From an uncultured Rivularia sp. (GTDB lineage Bacteria > Cyanobacteriota > Cyanobacteriia > Cyanobacteriales > Nostocaceae), in contig OY762007.1 in NCBI GenBank assembly GCA_963665115.1, positions 1,696,001 to 1,760,000 of the forward strand: 64,000 nucleotides of DNA. The letters are read 5' to 3'. Below, piece by piece: positions 1 to 11,036 of the stretch. The notes beneath the pieces are model-generated. The model made no database searches and had not been told where the DNA came from. It saw only the letters and a list, made by a program, of their open reading frames with translations. The position numbers and the translations under genes were made by a program. Each line of letters begins with the position of its first letter. Within the stretch, counting starts at the first letter, position 1.

Positions 1-55
1 TAATTCGCGAACTAGGTTTAAATCCCGATTTATCTTTACTAATTGTAATTGCCAT
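1..55 (-). CDS. 5' end of a gene that runs off the left edge of the window (MAITISKDKSGFKPSSRI...)
   Basis: ATG at 55 with GAGGTG Shine-Dalgarno upstream; frame open to the window edge. Confidence 0.6.
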   Translation of the reverse strand, partial: MAITISKDKSGFKPSSRI

Positions 56-61
56 ATCTCA

Positions 62-108
62 CCTCATTACTTCTTACTTTTTACTTCTTACTTTTTACTT
101 TTTACTTC
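62..108. repeat. Tandem heptamer tract (TTACTTY)n, STRR-like
   Basis: About 6 units visible; overlaps the stop of the 95..301 gene. Confidence 0.9.
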
Positions 109-301
109 CTTTCACAATCTTCGGTACAGTCCAAACCTTTGAACCTTCCTTCAATGCTTCATTACTTTTCAACGGACGAGTACCACCGAAACCTTCTTCC
201 ATCACATCATCTTGACCAATTTCTGGTAGTTTTTTTCGTAATTCTTCAACAGTTGCACCTTTGGGTAAATCGACTAATTTACCGTTAACAATTGCTCTCA
301 T
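95..301 (-). CDS. Small beta-grasp ubiquitin-like/ThiS-like protein
   Basis: 68 aa; 'IVNGKLVDLPKGATVEEL' start and 'LKEGSKVWTVPKIVKG' end resemble ThiS/MoaD/Ubl proteins. Confidence 0.6.
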   Translation of the reverse strand: MRAIVNGKLVDLPKGATVEELRKKLPEIGQDDVMEEGFGGTRPLKSNEALKEGSKVWTVPKIVKGSKK

Positions 302-473
302 TTAATTTCCTCGCTTTGTTCTAATTATTTGGTTAATGGTAATTTAAAATCTCCCTCAGACTATAAGTCTGGGGCTACAGAAACCAAGTCCACCTGCGTG
401 GACTATTATTATTTGAAAGATATTTTCTGGTTCCCAGGTTCTACCTGGGAATTAGTGTTTGAAGGCTCTGCCT

Positions 474-821
474 TCAGTCCGCAGAGAATGGTGCAATATA
501 TGAGTATACTTGTTTTGGAATCTGGCTATTGTCATCTTTTTGTTGATTATTCATACCAGAAATAGACCATACAAAAAGTAACGCAATAATGCTGCCTATC
601 TTAATAAATGATATTTGTTTTGATTGCTTTGATGTCAATTCTTCAAGAAAACCTATTCGCTGTTCGAGTTTTTGCAAATATTGTAAATTATCTTGACTGC
701 TAATGTGAGTTAATTGAGATTGTAGATACTCACAACGTCGATTGATATACTCAATATTGTGCGTTATTTCATCAAATTGATTTAGTTTTTGATTGGTTAG
801 CTTCCCGTTTACTGTTTCCAT
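474..821 (-). CDS. Hypothetical coiled-coil protein with one transmembrane segment
   Basis: 115-aa ORF, GGAG SD, hydrophobic IGSIIALLFVWSI. Confidence 0.6.
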   Translation of the reverse strand: METVNGKLTNQKLNQFDEITHNIEYINRRCEYLQSQLTHISSQDNLQYLQKLEQRIGFLEELTSKQSKQISFIKIGSIIALLFVWSISGMNNQQKDDNSQIPKQVYSYIAPFSAD

Positions 822-863
822 AAATAACTCCCTTGATTTTTTATTTATTTCAACTATGTTTAC

Positions 864-1439
864 TCATGCATCAAAAATATTTGCATGACCAATTCGATGA
901 AAATTCTCATTAGAATTATGTGGGTCAAATTCATCAAATACCTCAGTTAAATCCACCACGCTATTAGCTGAATTCTTTAACTCGCTTCCTAAAGATTGTT
1001 CGACTGAAGCAACCTCAACTCTTATTCCTCTTCTTCTTAATTTTTGTGCTAAATAAGCAAAATCCGAATCACCCGTCACCAAAACCACAATATCTGGTTT
1101 AATTTCTAAAGCTAATTCCATCGCGTCTATTGCCATCACTACATCAACATTATTTTCATAACCATCTCCTTTGGCTTTACCTTCTTTTGTAACAATTAAA
1201 AATCCATTACTCTTAGCCCAATAAATAAATTTTTCTTTGCTTTTTCGCTGCTCTTCAAATCTATCTTTAGCAGGGGGTAGACCAAAATAAATCACCATTT
1301 CGATTAGTTCTCTACCTTCTTTGGGGTCAGCTAAATAATCCCGCATTTTATGCCAGTTTATTCTACGATTAAAGCTTTGTGCTGCCATAAAAGCGTTATC
1401 ACCATCAGCTATAATCATGACTCGATGAAGATTTCTCAT
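864..1439 (-). CDS. NYN domain (LabA/DUF88, PIN-like) protein
   Basis: DGDN, VDVVMAID and VTGDSDF motifs, LRRRGIRVEV. Confidence 0.9.
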   Translation of the reverse strand: MRNLHRVMIIADGDNAFMAAQSFNRRINWHKMRDYLADPKEGRELIEMVIYFGLPPAKDRFEEQRKSKEKFIYWAKSNGFLIVTKEGKAKGDGYENNVDVVMAIDAMELALEIKPDIVVLVTGDSDFAYLAQKLRRRGIRVEVASVEQSLGSELKNSANSVVDLTEVFDEFDPHNSNENFHRIGHANIFDA

Positions 1440-1560
1440 TCGATTTTTAACCTTGTTTTGGGTTTTTGTTTTCTTGATTACAATTTAAACCGATTGGTGG
1501 AATAGGCTCTTTCCTTTATTTTTTTCAATTACTAAATAAGTGGAGCAAGTGCAAATAGAA

Positions 1561-1726
1561 AACCTCACCCTCAATCCCTCTCCTTATTAAGGAGAGGGAA
1601 GCCGGAGCTAGGATAAGGGTCAAAAACGGGTCTAAAATTTCTGAAACCTATATGGACACTCAGATATCCCTCTCCTTGATAAGGAGAGGGAAAGATTTTT
1701 ACGTAGTAAAAAGCGAGGGTGAGGTT
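1561..1726. repeat. Composite REP-like palindromic element
   Basis: AACCTCACCCTC...GAGGGTGAGGTT termini enclosing two TCCCTCTCCTT-N3-AAGGAGAGGGA hairpins. Confidence 0.8.
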
Positions 1727-1823
1727 GAGCGGTTTCTTATCAATCAATGGAAAACGTTATTTCCACTAGCTGATTAAAGTAAATACATGAAATCAAGAAA
1801 GCACAATAAATTTACTACTAATT

Positions 1824-2276
1824 ATGGATATCAATAAATCCTTACCTGTGAAGATTCAAGCTCATGAAGCAAATTTAATTCAAACTAAAAATGAAATTCA
1901 GAAGTTTATCAAAATGTCTGAGGGTTTATTGTTTGACCAAGTTGGGCTGGATGCTCTTATTGGAGCGATTCCTGGAGTCGGGGGAATGTATACGGGAATA
2001 ATGGGTATTTGGCTACTATTACAATCCTACAAAGTACGAGCCGAAAACGAGGATAAATTAATGATTGTTGCTCTTACTTTTGTTGATGTAGTGGTAGGAA
2101 TAGTCCCTATTTTTGGCGACATTATCGATACATTTTTACGAGTTCATGCTTTGAATGGTAGTCGCTTGATTACACATATCGATAAACAACTTTCATTAAT
2201 TGAAAATACTAGAGAACAGTTAAATCAAGGTTTTAATCCCGATTTAAGTTCGTTGGAAAACCTATTGCTCCGATAA
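1824..2276 (+). CDS. DUF4112-like membrane protein
   Basis: GLDALIGAIPGVG and DVVVGIVPIFGDIIDTF motifs. Confidence 0.75.
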   Translation: MDINKSLPVKIQAHEANLIQTKNEIQKFIKMSEGLLFDQVGLDALIGAIPGVGGMYTGIMGIWLLLQSYKVRAENEDKLMIVALTFVDVVVGIVPIFGDIIDTFLRVHALNGSRLITHIDKQLSLIENTREQLNQGFNPDLSSLENLLLR

Positions 2277-2297
2277 TTCTGAACTTGAAAATAACGC

Positions 2298-2984
2298 TTG
2301 CTTTATCTAACTAAAAAGGAAAATAGTCAAATGAATAAGTTAATTGCAGGTATCGCAGCATTAGGTTTATGTTTCGTTTCTCCAGGTATTGCGAATTCCC
2401 AGCAGATTACTAGATTTGAGCATCAAGACGATACATACTATCACCAAAACTTAAATTCAAAAGGTGTTGCACGCTATAAATATAAAATACCTGCGAATAC
2501 TTTTGGAGTTTTCACTCTCAAAAATCACAGCGGGAGGTCAGATTTTGATATTTCTGTGTATGATTCTAGCAATGGACAATTACTATCTGAAGCAGATGAA
2601 TTGGGAACACAAACAGAGTTAGTTATTACACCATTTTTTACCCAGAATAAAGATGTAATTATTAAAGTAGTCAACTATGGTTCCCAAACATCTCGATACA
2701 AACTTTATGCAAATCATGTAAATCCTGCGACTAAATTTTTGATTGCATTAGCTGGTTTTCCTTTCTGTAGTTCAGCACAAAATGTTGACGATAGAATATC
2801 TTCGAGAGCATTTACAACTATGTCCTCAATTATTCAAGGTAACAGTTTTGGAGGTGTAGCTAAAGATGTTTTAATTAATGAAGTAACTATGGAAATGAAG
2901 AAACAATTTGGTTACGGATGTACGGGTGAAGTTATGGTTAATTGGGGTGTTTCTATGTTTAAAGGTATTCTTCGGAATTATTAA
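2298..2984 (+). CDS. Secreted hypothetical protein with a PPC-like beta-sandwich (probable start at 2331)
   Basis: Signal peptide MNKLIAGIAALGLCFVSPGIA; DFDISVYDS motif. Confidence 0.65.
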   Translation: MLYLTKKENSQMNKLIAGIAALGLCFVSPGIANSQQITRFEHQDDTYYHQNLNSKGVARYKYKIPANTFGVFTLKNHSGRSDFDISVYDSSNGQLLSEADELGTQTELVITPFFTQNKDVIIKVVNYGSQTSRYKLYANHVNPATKFLIALAGFPFCSSAQNVDDRISSRAFTTMSSIIQGNSFGGVAKDVLINEVTMEMKKQFGYGCTGEVMVNWGVSMFKGILRNY

Positions 2985-3031
2985 TTATTTAAATTAATTA
3001 CAGATTGATTTTTATTCGATATTGATGTTAA

Positions 3032-3064
3032 AAGCTTACCAATTTAAACGGTAGGCTTTTTTTT
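3032..3064 (+). terminator. Intrinsic terminator
   Basis: AAGCTTACC/GGTAGGCTT stem followed by a T run. Confidence 0.65.
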
Positions 3065-3156
3065 ATGAGAGCATCCTAAATATTTTAAAATATACAGTCA
3101 ACTCACTGCCACGTTTGTGCTTCCATATTTATACTTACTGCCATCAACTCCTTCCA

Positions 3157-3253
3157 CTAATACAGCTGCGCGGAATTCAAAAGTAAAAAGTCTTTTAGGA
3201 TAAGGATTTTAACTATTAGGAATGGTTGCCAAATTTCTGCCGTACTGTATTAG
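3157..3253. mobile_element. 97-bp MITE-like element
   Basis: Terminal inverted repeat CTAATACAG/CTGTATTAG; internal AAAAGT heptamers; a related end lies at 16096. Confidence 0.55.
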
Positions 3254-3381
3254 GGATGCAACTTGTATTTTCTACACAACGTATTAATCAGGGTTTGAGA
3301 CAATTTTACTGCCATCAACTGCTTCCACCTTACTGTCATCTTCTCGGTAAAGTGACAATTTGTTTAGCTGTTCAGGGACTC

Positions 3382-6300
3382 GTTTCCAACTAATCCGAAT
3401 TAACCCAATCGGTGGGGAAGTAAATTCTTTCTTTAAGGCTGGATTAAAGGAGAGTTTCCAACTAATCCGAATTAACCCAATCGGTGGGGAGTTCTCCAAT
3501 AACATCTAACTGCACTGTATAGTACAGTTTCCAACTAATCCGAATTAACCCAATCGGTGGGGCATACCCAATTAACGGGAATATATTGCCTGAATAAAGT
3601 TTCCAACTAATCCGAATTAACCCAATCGGTGGGGAAACTGTCGCAAGAAATGCTGCTTTTGCTCTTATTGAAAAGTTTCCAACTAATCCGAATTAACCCA
3701 ATCGGTGGGGTTTTGATGGAGACATTGAAATCACTGAAGGATACGAGTGTTTCCAACTAATCCGAATTAACCCAATCGGTGGGGTGGCTAAGTTCAATTC
3801 TATTCGCAGCATCTTTTGTTTCCAACTAATCCGAATTAACCCAATCGGTGGGGTTTTAACATCTAACTAAAAAACAAATTTGCTCGGTTTCCAACTAATC
3901 CGAATTAACCCAATCGGTGGGGAACTTTTTTAACGACAAGAACAACGCTGTTAAGGTTTCCAACTAATCCGAATTAACCCAATCGGTGGGGTATCCCTGC
4001 AAATTTTGTGGGGTGACTACGGACAAAAGTTTCCAACTAATCCGAATTAACCCAATCGGTGGGGTCGTTTCTTAAAGAACGAAAATAATCAAAAGAGAAT
4101 AGTTTCCAACTAATCCGAATTAACCCAATCGGTGGGGATTTCTTAAAAAGAAATCACATACACGCCAATTTATGTTTCCAACTAATCCGAATTAACCCAA
4201 TCGGTGGGGAAGAGAATCATTGAAAAGTTTGAAAATAACGAAAGTTTCCAACTAATCCGAATTAACCCAATCGGTGGGGGAGAATTAATTCTTCCAGCGA
4301 CAGAAATGGAAATGGATCGTTTCCAACTAATCCGAATTAACCCAATCGGTGGGGTAAGAGACAAGAAAGATATAGCGGAAGAAATTAATAAAGTTTCCAA
4401 CTAATCCGAATTAACCCAATCGGTGGGGTGTTCCCAGCAGTTTCAAACCCTAGTCTCTCGTAAAAAGTTTCCAACTAATCCGAATTAACCCAATCGGTGG
4501 GGTAATTTCAATTTTTCTGAGAAGTTAGAATCTGTTAGTTCGTTTCCAACTAATCCGAATTAACCCAATCGGTGGGGGTCGTTCTTCTGTAGGAAGAGGT
4601 ATTCCAGAATATAAAGTTTCCAACTAATCCGAATTAACCCAATCGGTGGGGTCTTTTCAGAAGCCAATAGATGTGATGGAATTCGTAATGTTTCCAACTA
4701 ATCCGAATTAACCCAATCGGTGGGGTGGTGTTCACCGTATGTTTTTAGTAAATAAAGCTAATGTTTCCAACTAATCCGAATTAACCCAATCGGTGGGGTT
4801 TGTTAGAAAAAAGCAGCCACGTGGTTGCTTTAGAGTTTCCAACTAATCCGAATTAACCCAATCGGTGGGGAAATATAATAGCGGTAAAACAGTTCCGAAT
4901 TCTAATGTTTCCAACTAATCCGAATTAACCCAATCGGTGGGGAATATGGTGAAATTTCTTTTACAGAAATTAAAGATAGTTTCCAACTAATCCGAATTAA
5001 CCCAATCGGTGGGGAAAGACAAAAGAGGAAGTCTTAGACTTTCCACCTAACGGTTTCCAACTAATCCGAATTAACCCAATCGGTGGGGGGCTGTTTGAAA
5101 AACAGCATAAGTCGAGGTCAGTTAGAGTTTCCAACTAATCCGAATTAACCCAATCGGTGGGGGGAGTCAGCCACTGAGGCGACTCCGGCAACTATAACGT
5201 TTCCAACTAATCCGAATTAACCCAATCGGTGGGGGCAGCCAGAATCAAAAAGGCAGCAAGTCCGGAGGATAGTTTCCAACTAATCCGAATTAACCCAATC
5301 GGTGGGGTTTTTTTGTTTATCAGTTGCATAGTCTGTATTCATCAGTTTCCAACTAATCCGAATTAACCCAATCGGTGGGGTACAACATTTTGGCAGTATT
5401 TACTACTGCGGCTTTTAGTTTCCAACTAATCCGAATTAACCCAATCGGTGGGGCGAAAGGATAACACGAGTAATATTGTATTATAGGGAAAGTTTCCAAC
5501 TAATCCGAATTAACCCAATCGGTGGGGTAACATTTTCGCTTTTTCCTAACTAGCTAACTTGTTTCCAACTAATCCGAATTAACCCAATCGGTGGGGATCT
5601 GGCGCTCCTGCAAGGACAGGATTAGTCAACATGTTTCCAACTAATCCGAATTAACCCAATCGGTGGGGGCTTTGGTTTTTGCGTCTTTGTTTCTTTCTAT
5701 TTTCGTTTCCAACTAATCCGAATTAACCCAATCGGTGGGGCAGTCAAAATGCGAATTGGAATGCGAACTGGAAAGTTTCCAACTAATCCGAATTAACCCA
5801 ATCGGTGGGAAAAAAATTTGCTAAGTGAATAACGAAAAAAACGAAAACAGTTTCCAACTAATCCGAATTAACCCAATCGGTGGGGGATTGTTTGTTTCAA
5901 TTTTACGAAGGCAAGTACAAGTAAGTTTCCAACTAATCCGAATTAACCCAATCGGTGGGGCACTTATCTTTAAGGATTTGCTAAAATGTCTAACGTTTCC
6001 AACTAATCCGAATTAACCCAATCGGTGGGGAAAAATTTGACGAAGCATTAGAATTAGCAAGAAAGTTTCCAACTAATCCGAATTAACCCAATCGGTGGGG
6101 AAAAAGATTCTGAAAAAGAGGCTCTTGCCTCTTTGAAGTTTCCAACTAATCCGAATTAACCCAATCGGTGGGGCTCACATTTTTCTGTCTTCATTTGATT
6201 AGCTAACGTTTCCAACTAATCCGAATTAACCCAATCGGTGGGGCGGTTTGTATTGATGGAAATTGTGCAGGATTTTAAAGTTTCCAACTAATCCGAATTA

Positions 6301-9300
6301 ACCCAATCGGTGGGGCAGAAGGGGAAAACATTTTCTTCTCTGAAAAAGAGAAAAAGTTTCCAACTAATCCGAATTAACCCAATCGGTGGGGGATCAAAAA
6401 GATTCTGAAAAAGAGGCTCTTGCCTCTTTGAGTTTCCAACTAATCCGAATTAACCCAATCGGTGGGGTTTTTCAATATATTTGTTAAATGCTGGCGGATA
6501 TTTAGGTTTCCAACTAATCCGAATTAACCCAATCGGTGGGGAATTCGTGGAATTGAAGTTTTAAAAAGCTACCGTTTCGTTTCCAACTAATCCGAATTAA
6601 CCCAATCGGTGGGGGTTCCCCGTTGTATTTACAGGAGGATTCACCAAGTTTCCAACTAATCCGAATTAACCCAATCGGTGGGGACAGTATTGAAAAAATC
6701 TCTAAGTCAGATATAAAAGTTTCCAACTAATCCGAATTAACCCAATCGGTGGGGGATAAATGTTTTCAAGATAGGAGGGTATTTCCAACGTTTCCAACTA
6801 ATCCGAATTAACCCAATCGGTGGGGCTGAAGAAAAAAAAGAAGAATGCGAACCTAAGGCACAGTTTCCAACTAATCCGAATTAACCCAATCGGTGGGGCA
6901 ATATTCAAAACATGGGTTTTGGTATTGGACAAAGAAAAAGTTTCCAACTAATCCGAATTAACCCAATCGGTGGGGAAACTGAAGAAGAAGTTGAAACTGA
7001 AGCTGAAGAAGAGTTTCCAACTAATCCGAATTAACCCAATCGGTGGGGCAAGGGGTCGTGATGTTGGCGTGCCTCACACACCTCAAGTTTCCAACTAATC
7101 CGAATTAACCCAATCGGTGGGGATTTCATCTATTTGCTTACTTAAAAGCAATGCATAGTTTCCAACTAATCCGAATTAACCCAATCGGTGGGGATTGGGC
7201 ATGAGAGATAACTGAGAGAACCACCAAGGTTTCCAACTAATCCGAATTAACCCAATCGGTGGGGAAACTTTATCTTTATTTTGGGGAATTCTGCTTTAAA
7301 GTTTCCAACTAATCCGAATTAACCCAATCGGTGGGGTGCAAAACCAGGTCAGCGAGGCTATGAACCTCCCAGTTTCCAACTAATCCGAATTAACCCAATC
7401 GGTGGGGAAAACTAAAAGGGAAGCATATAGTTGGCAGTAAAGTTTCCAACTAATCCGAATTAACCCAATCGGTGGGGAATACGACAATCGTAGGTTTGCA
7501 AACTATGCAGTTTCCAACTAATCCGAATTAACCCAATCGGTGGGGGTGAATTAGAAGCAATGGCTTCCGGTTCATCTGATTTGGTTTCCAACTAATCCGA
7601 ATTAACCCAATCGGTGGGGTCTAATAGTGGAAATGTAAGCATTAGCGGCAATAATAGTTTCCAACTAATCCGAATTAACCCAATCGGTGGGGTAGTGGAA
7701 ACGGAATGAATGTAACGCAAATTAACGTTTCCAACTAATCCGAATTAACCCAATCGGTGGGGCGACGGCTATAGCAGTAAAGTTTCATGGGGTACTTGTG
7801 TTTCCAACTAATCCGAATTAACCCAATCGGTGGGGAAGCACTGAGAACCAGTTCAAAAAGTTTGATACTAATGTTTCCAACTAATCCGAATTAACCCAAT
7901 CGGTGGGGTCCAACAAGATTACATTAATTAACCATGTAACAAAAGTTTCCAACTAATCCGAATTAACCCAATCGGTGGGGTAGATGAAAATAATCTAGCA
8001 CATCTTGCTATAATAATGTTTCCAACTAATCCGAATTAACCCAATCGGTGGGGATGGCACCTTAAGCCTGGTAAATCTGAATATTGGGTGTTTCCAACTA
8101 ATCCGAATTAACCCAATCGGTGGGGTGTTGAACTGGGGAGGTGTGTTGCTGCCAGTAAGGTTTCCAACTAATCCGAATTAACCCAATCGGTGGGGTAGAG
8201 ACGATGTAGTTTATTTTTTAAAGGATTGTTTCCAACTAATCCGAATTAACCCAATCGGTGGGGTTTCCTTTTGGGTAGGTTCTGAAAAGATAACATTCCA
8301 GGTTTCCAACTAATCCGAATTAACCCAATCGGTGGGGATGGGTAAATTAGGACATAGGGAAACCTGTGTTCAAGGTTTCCAACTAATCCGAATTAACCCA
8401 ATCGGTGGGGTGTAAGTAACATTAACTCCTATTAGTTTATTAATGTTTCCAACTAATCCGAATTAACCCAATCGGTGGGGACATGGTTAAAGAAGCTGAC
8501 GGTCGCTGCATGAACGTTTCCAACTAATCCGAATTAACCCAATCGGTGGGGTTGCTCATCATTACGTGAAAAAGTAACGGTGTGATAAGGTTTCCAACTA
8601 ATCCGAATTAACCCAATCGGTGGGGAAAGAGCAAGAGTTACAAGTCATGGTTTATAAGATAAAGTTTCCAACTAATCCGAATTAACCCAATCGGTGGGGG
8701 ATTGAAAGATATAAAGCAAAAAATTGAGTTAGTTGAAAGTTTCCAACTAATCCGAATTAACCCAATCGGTGGGGAAACGGAGCGAAAGTTCCAAAAGTCT
8801 TAGTTACTGGAGTTTCCAACTAATCCGAATTAACCCAATCGGTGGGGGTTCAAAACAGAATTGCGCTTTTTTCTTTGTTTTCGTTTCCAACTAATCCGAA
8901 TTAACCCAATCGGTGGGGAAACAAATTTATCTGAGAGCTACAAACGCATTTGTTTCCAACTAATCCGAATTAACCCAATCGGTGGGGTGGTTTAATTAGT
9001 CTAGCAGTAGCATCCGCACGTAATAGTGTTTCCAACTAATCCGAATTAACCCAATCGGTGGGGAAACAGCCCAAGAGACCTGAAAGACGACCAATAAACG
9101 TTTCCAACTAATCCGAATTAACCCAATCGGTGGGGTTGATGAAAATAAGATGTATAACTGCCAACGGAGTAGTTTCCAACTAATCCGAATTAACCCAATC
9201 GGTGGGGTTTTTATTGCTTCTTTCGTAATTTTCAATCATCAGTTCCGTTTCCAACTAATCCGAATTAACCCAATCGGTGGGGTTATTTTACAGAAAGACG

Positions 9301-9858
9301 GAGTAATCATAATGATTAGTTTCCAACTAATCCGAATTAACCCAATCGGTGGGGGAGAAAACTCTATAATGCTTGCAAAAGCATAATAGGTTTCCAACTA
9401 ATCCGAATTAACCCAATCGGTGGGGAGAGATTATATTTTCAATGGAAAGAAGGTTGGAGAGTTTCCAACTAATCCGAATTAACCCAATCGGTGGGGTTTT
9501 TTATAATAATAAAAACAACTATGGTTGATAAGTTTCCAACTAATCCGAATTAACCCAATCGGTGGGGGGTTCACGCTTCTTCTGCTCGTGCAGAAGAGGG
9601 AAAGTTTCCAACTAATCCGAATTAACCCAATCGGTGGGGCGTCTCTACGCAAATTGGTGTGTAAAATTCTTTAAGTTTCCAACTAATCCGAATTAACCCA
9701 ATCGGTGGGGGTCGCTTCTGTTTTGACTATTGCTCAGGTGAATATTGAAGTTTCCAACTAATCCGAATTAACCCAATCGGTGGGGTGCTAAGTTTTTCTA
9801 TGAAAGCTTAGAAAGCATTAAAGTTTCCAACTAATCCGAATTAACCCAATCGGTGGGG
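3382..9858 (-). CRISPR. CRISPR array, about 90 repeats and 89 spacers (manual count); 36-nt repeat CCCCACCGATTGGGTTAATTCGGATTAGTTGGAAAC; type III-like
   Basis: Near-identical 36-nt repeats with 32-41 nt spacers; the GAAAC 3' end and the leader next to cas2 give minus-strand orientation. Confidence 0.99.
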
Positions 9859-10077
9859 AGTTCGTTCAGCAGCCCCTACCCAGTAAGAGTTTCAGCCGCC
9901 AAATCGACACACTCCTGAAAAACAGTATGTATCTCGCGCAAAACTGAACAAAACACAAGCCTCAAACCCTTGCCCTGCAAGCCATCGACACACTCCAACG
10001 AAAGAATAGGCATTTGAGCGATTTGGCGGAGTGTGTCGATTTTCATGTTACCTTTTTCTCCGTAGTGGGGCTAAAAC
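9859..10077 (-). promoter_or_regulatory. CRISPR leader
   Basis: Non-coding stretch between cas2 and the first repeat; ATCGACACACTCC at 9903 and 9984, inverted copy at 10028-10040. Confidence 0.8.
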
Positions 10078-10359
10078 CTATATGACATAATAGTTTGGTG
10101 GCTCTTGAGGATGTTCGCTACCAATAGTTAACACTCTGGAAACAGCATCTTCAGAAATCCAATAAAATCGCACGTTATCCTCAGATGGCTTGACAATTTT
10201 TTTCGATTTCTCAAAAAGTTGTCGCATTTCATCTAAATTTAAAAAGCATTCAAATACAGAAAATTGTACTCTTTGCCCGTAACCCTCTAAAAAGTTAGAT
10301 AATTTAGTGCGTCTTTTATCATTAGGAATATCATATACAACAACCACTAACATCTTCAA
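10078..10359 (-). CDS. cas2: CRISPR-associated endoribonuclease Cas2
   Basis: VVVYDIPNDKRR and GQRVQFSVFEC motifs. Confidence 0.97.
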   Translation of the reverse strand: MKMLVVVVYDIPNDKRRTKLSNFLEGYGQRVQFSVFECFLNLDEMRQLFEKSKKIVKPSEDNVRFYWISEDAVSRVLTIGSEHPQEPPNYYVI

Positions 10360-10400
10360 TACTAAGAATTAATTTGTTACTTAAGTATAAGATGCTTTAC

Positions 10401-10449
10401 AAGTAATAAGTAAGAAGTAAAAAGTAAAAAGTAAGAAGTAAAAAGTAAT
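10401..10449. repeat. (AAGTAAD)7 heptamer tract, left arm of cassette 1
   Basis: Seen directly; complementary to 10892-11036. Confidence 0.9.
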
Positions 10450-10456
10450 AAATTGG

Positions 10457-10828
10457 TTATTTTTGTTTAAGTTTATTAATCGAAGATACTAATACCTTAA
10501 TAATTTCTTCATTTTCTTGTATCATATTGTTGAATTTGGATTTCAGCACTAATTCTGATTTAATCATTATTTTTATCCAATAAAGAGTCTCATTAGCTTC
10601 TTTCAAGGCTATAGAATACTTGTTGATAAAATCTGCGTTTGATTGAGCATACTTAGCTTCCGAACAGTTTGCTCCTATTGATGTTCCACTTCTTAAAAAT
10701 TGCTTAGATAATACCTTACCCGCATCGTCAAAAGGTCTTTTATTTAGTTCGCAATAAGCTTTGATAACTCTGATAGCAAAATTTTCTGTTCTTTCTTGAA
10801 TACTAATATTACCCTTATGATTAACCAT
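10457..10828 (-). CDS. Four-helix bundle protein (23S rRNA IVP / TIGR02436 family)
   Basis: QFLRSGTSIGANCSEA and DFINKYSIALKEANETLYW motifs. Confidence 0.92.
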   Translation of the reverse strand: MVNHKGNISIQERTENFAIRVIKAYCELNKRPFDDAGKVLSKQFLRSGTSIGANCSEAKYAQSNADFINKYSIALKEANETLYWIKIMIKSELVLKSKFNNMIQENEEIIKVLVSSINKLKQK

Positions 10829-10891
10829 GAATCAAAAATAATGCGACAACTTGTTATTAATCGAAAAACAATAAATAACGTATCAAGTATA

Positions 10892-11036
10892 ACTTCTTAC
10901 TTCTTACTTCTTACTTCTTACTCATTACTTCTTACTTCTTACTTCTTACTTCTTACTTCTTACTTCTTACTCATTACTTCTTACTTCTTACTTCTTACTT
11001 CTTACTCATTACTTCTTACTTCTTACTTCTTACTTC
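10892..11036. repeat. (CTTACTT) x ~20 heptamer tract, right arm of cassette 1
   Basis: Seen directly; abuts the cas1 stop codon. Confidence 0.95.

Noticed and set aside
49..288. Plus-strand ORF with LLTFYF repeats
   Set aside because: Translation of the heptamer tract, antisense to the Ubl-like gene
329..565. 78-aa plus-strand ORF
   Set aside because: Runs across REP-like palindromes and antisense to the 474..821 gene
3284..9386. ORFs containing PPIGLIRISWK or FQLIRINPIGG
   Set aside because: They are translations of the CRISPR repeats
3382..9858. Self-targeting spacers within the window
   Set aside because: None noticed by eye; an exhaustive alignment could not be run
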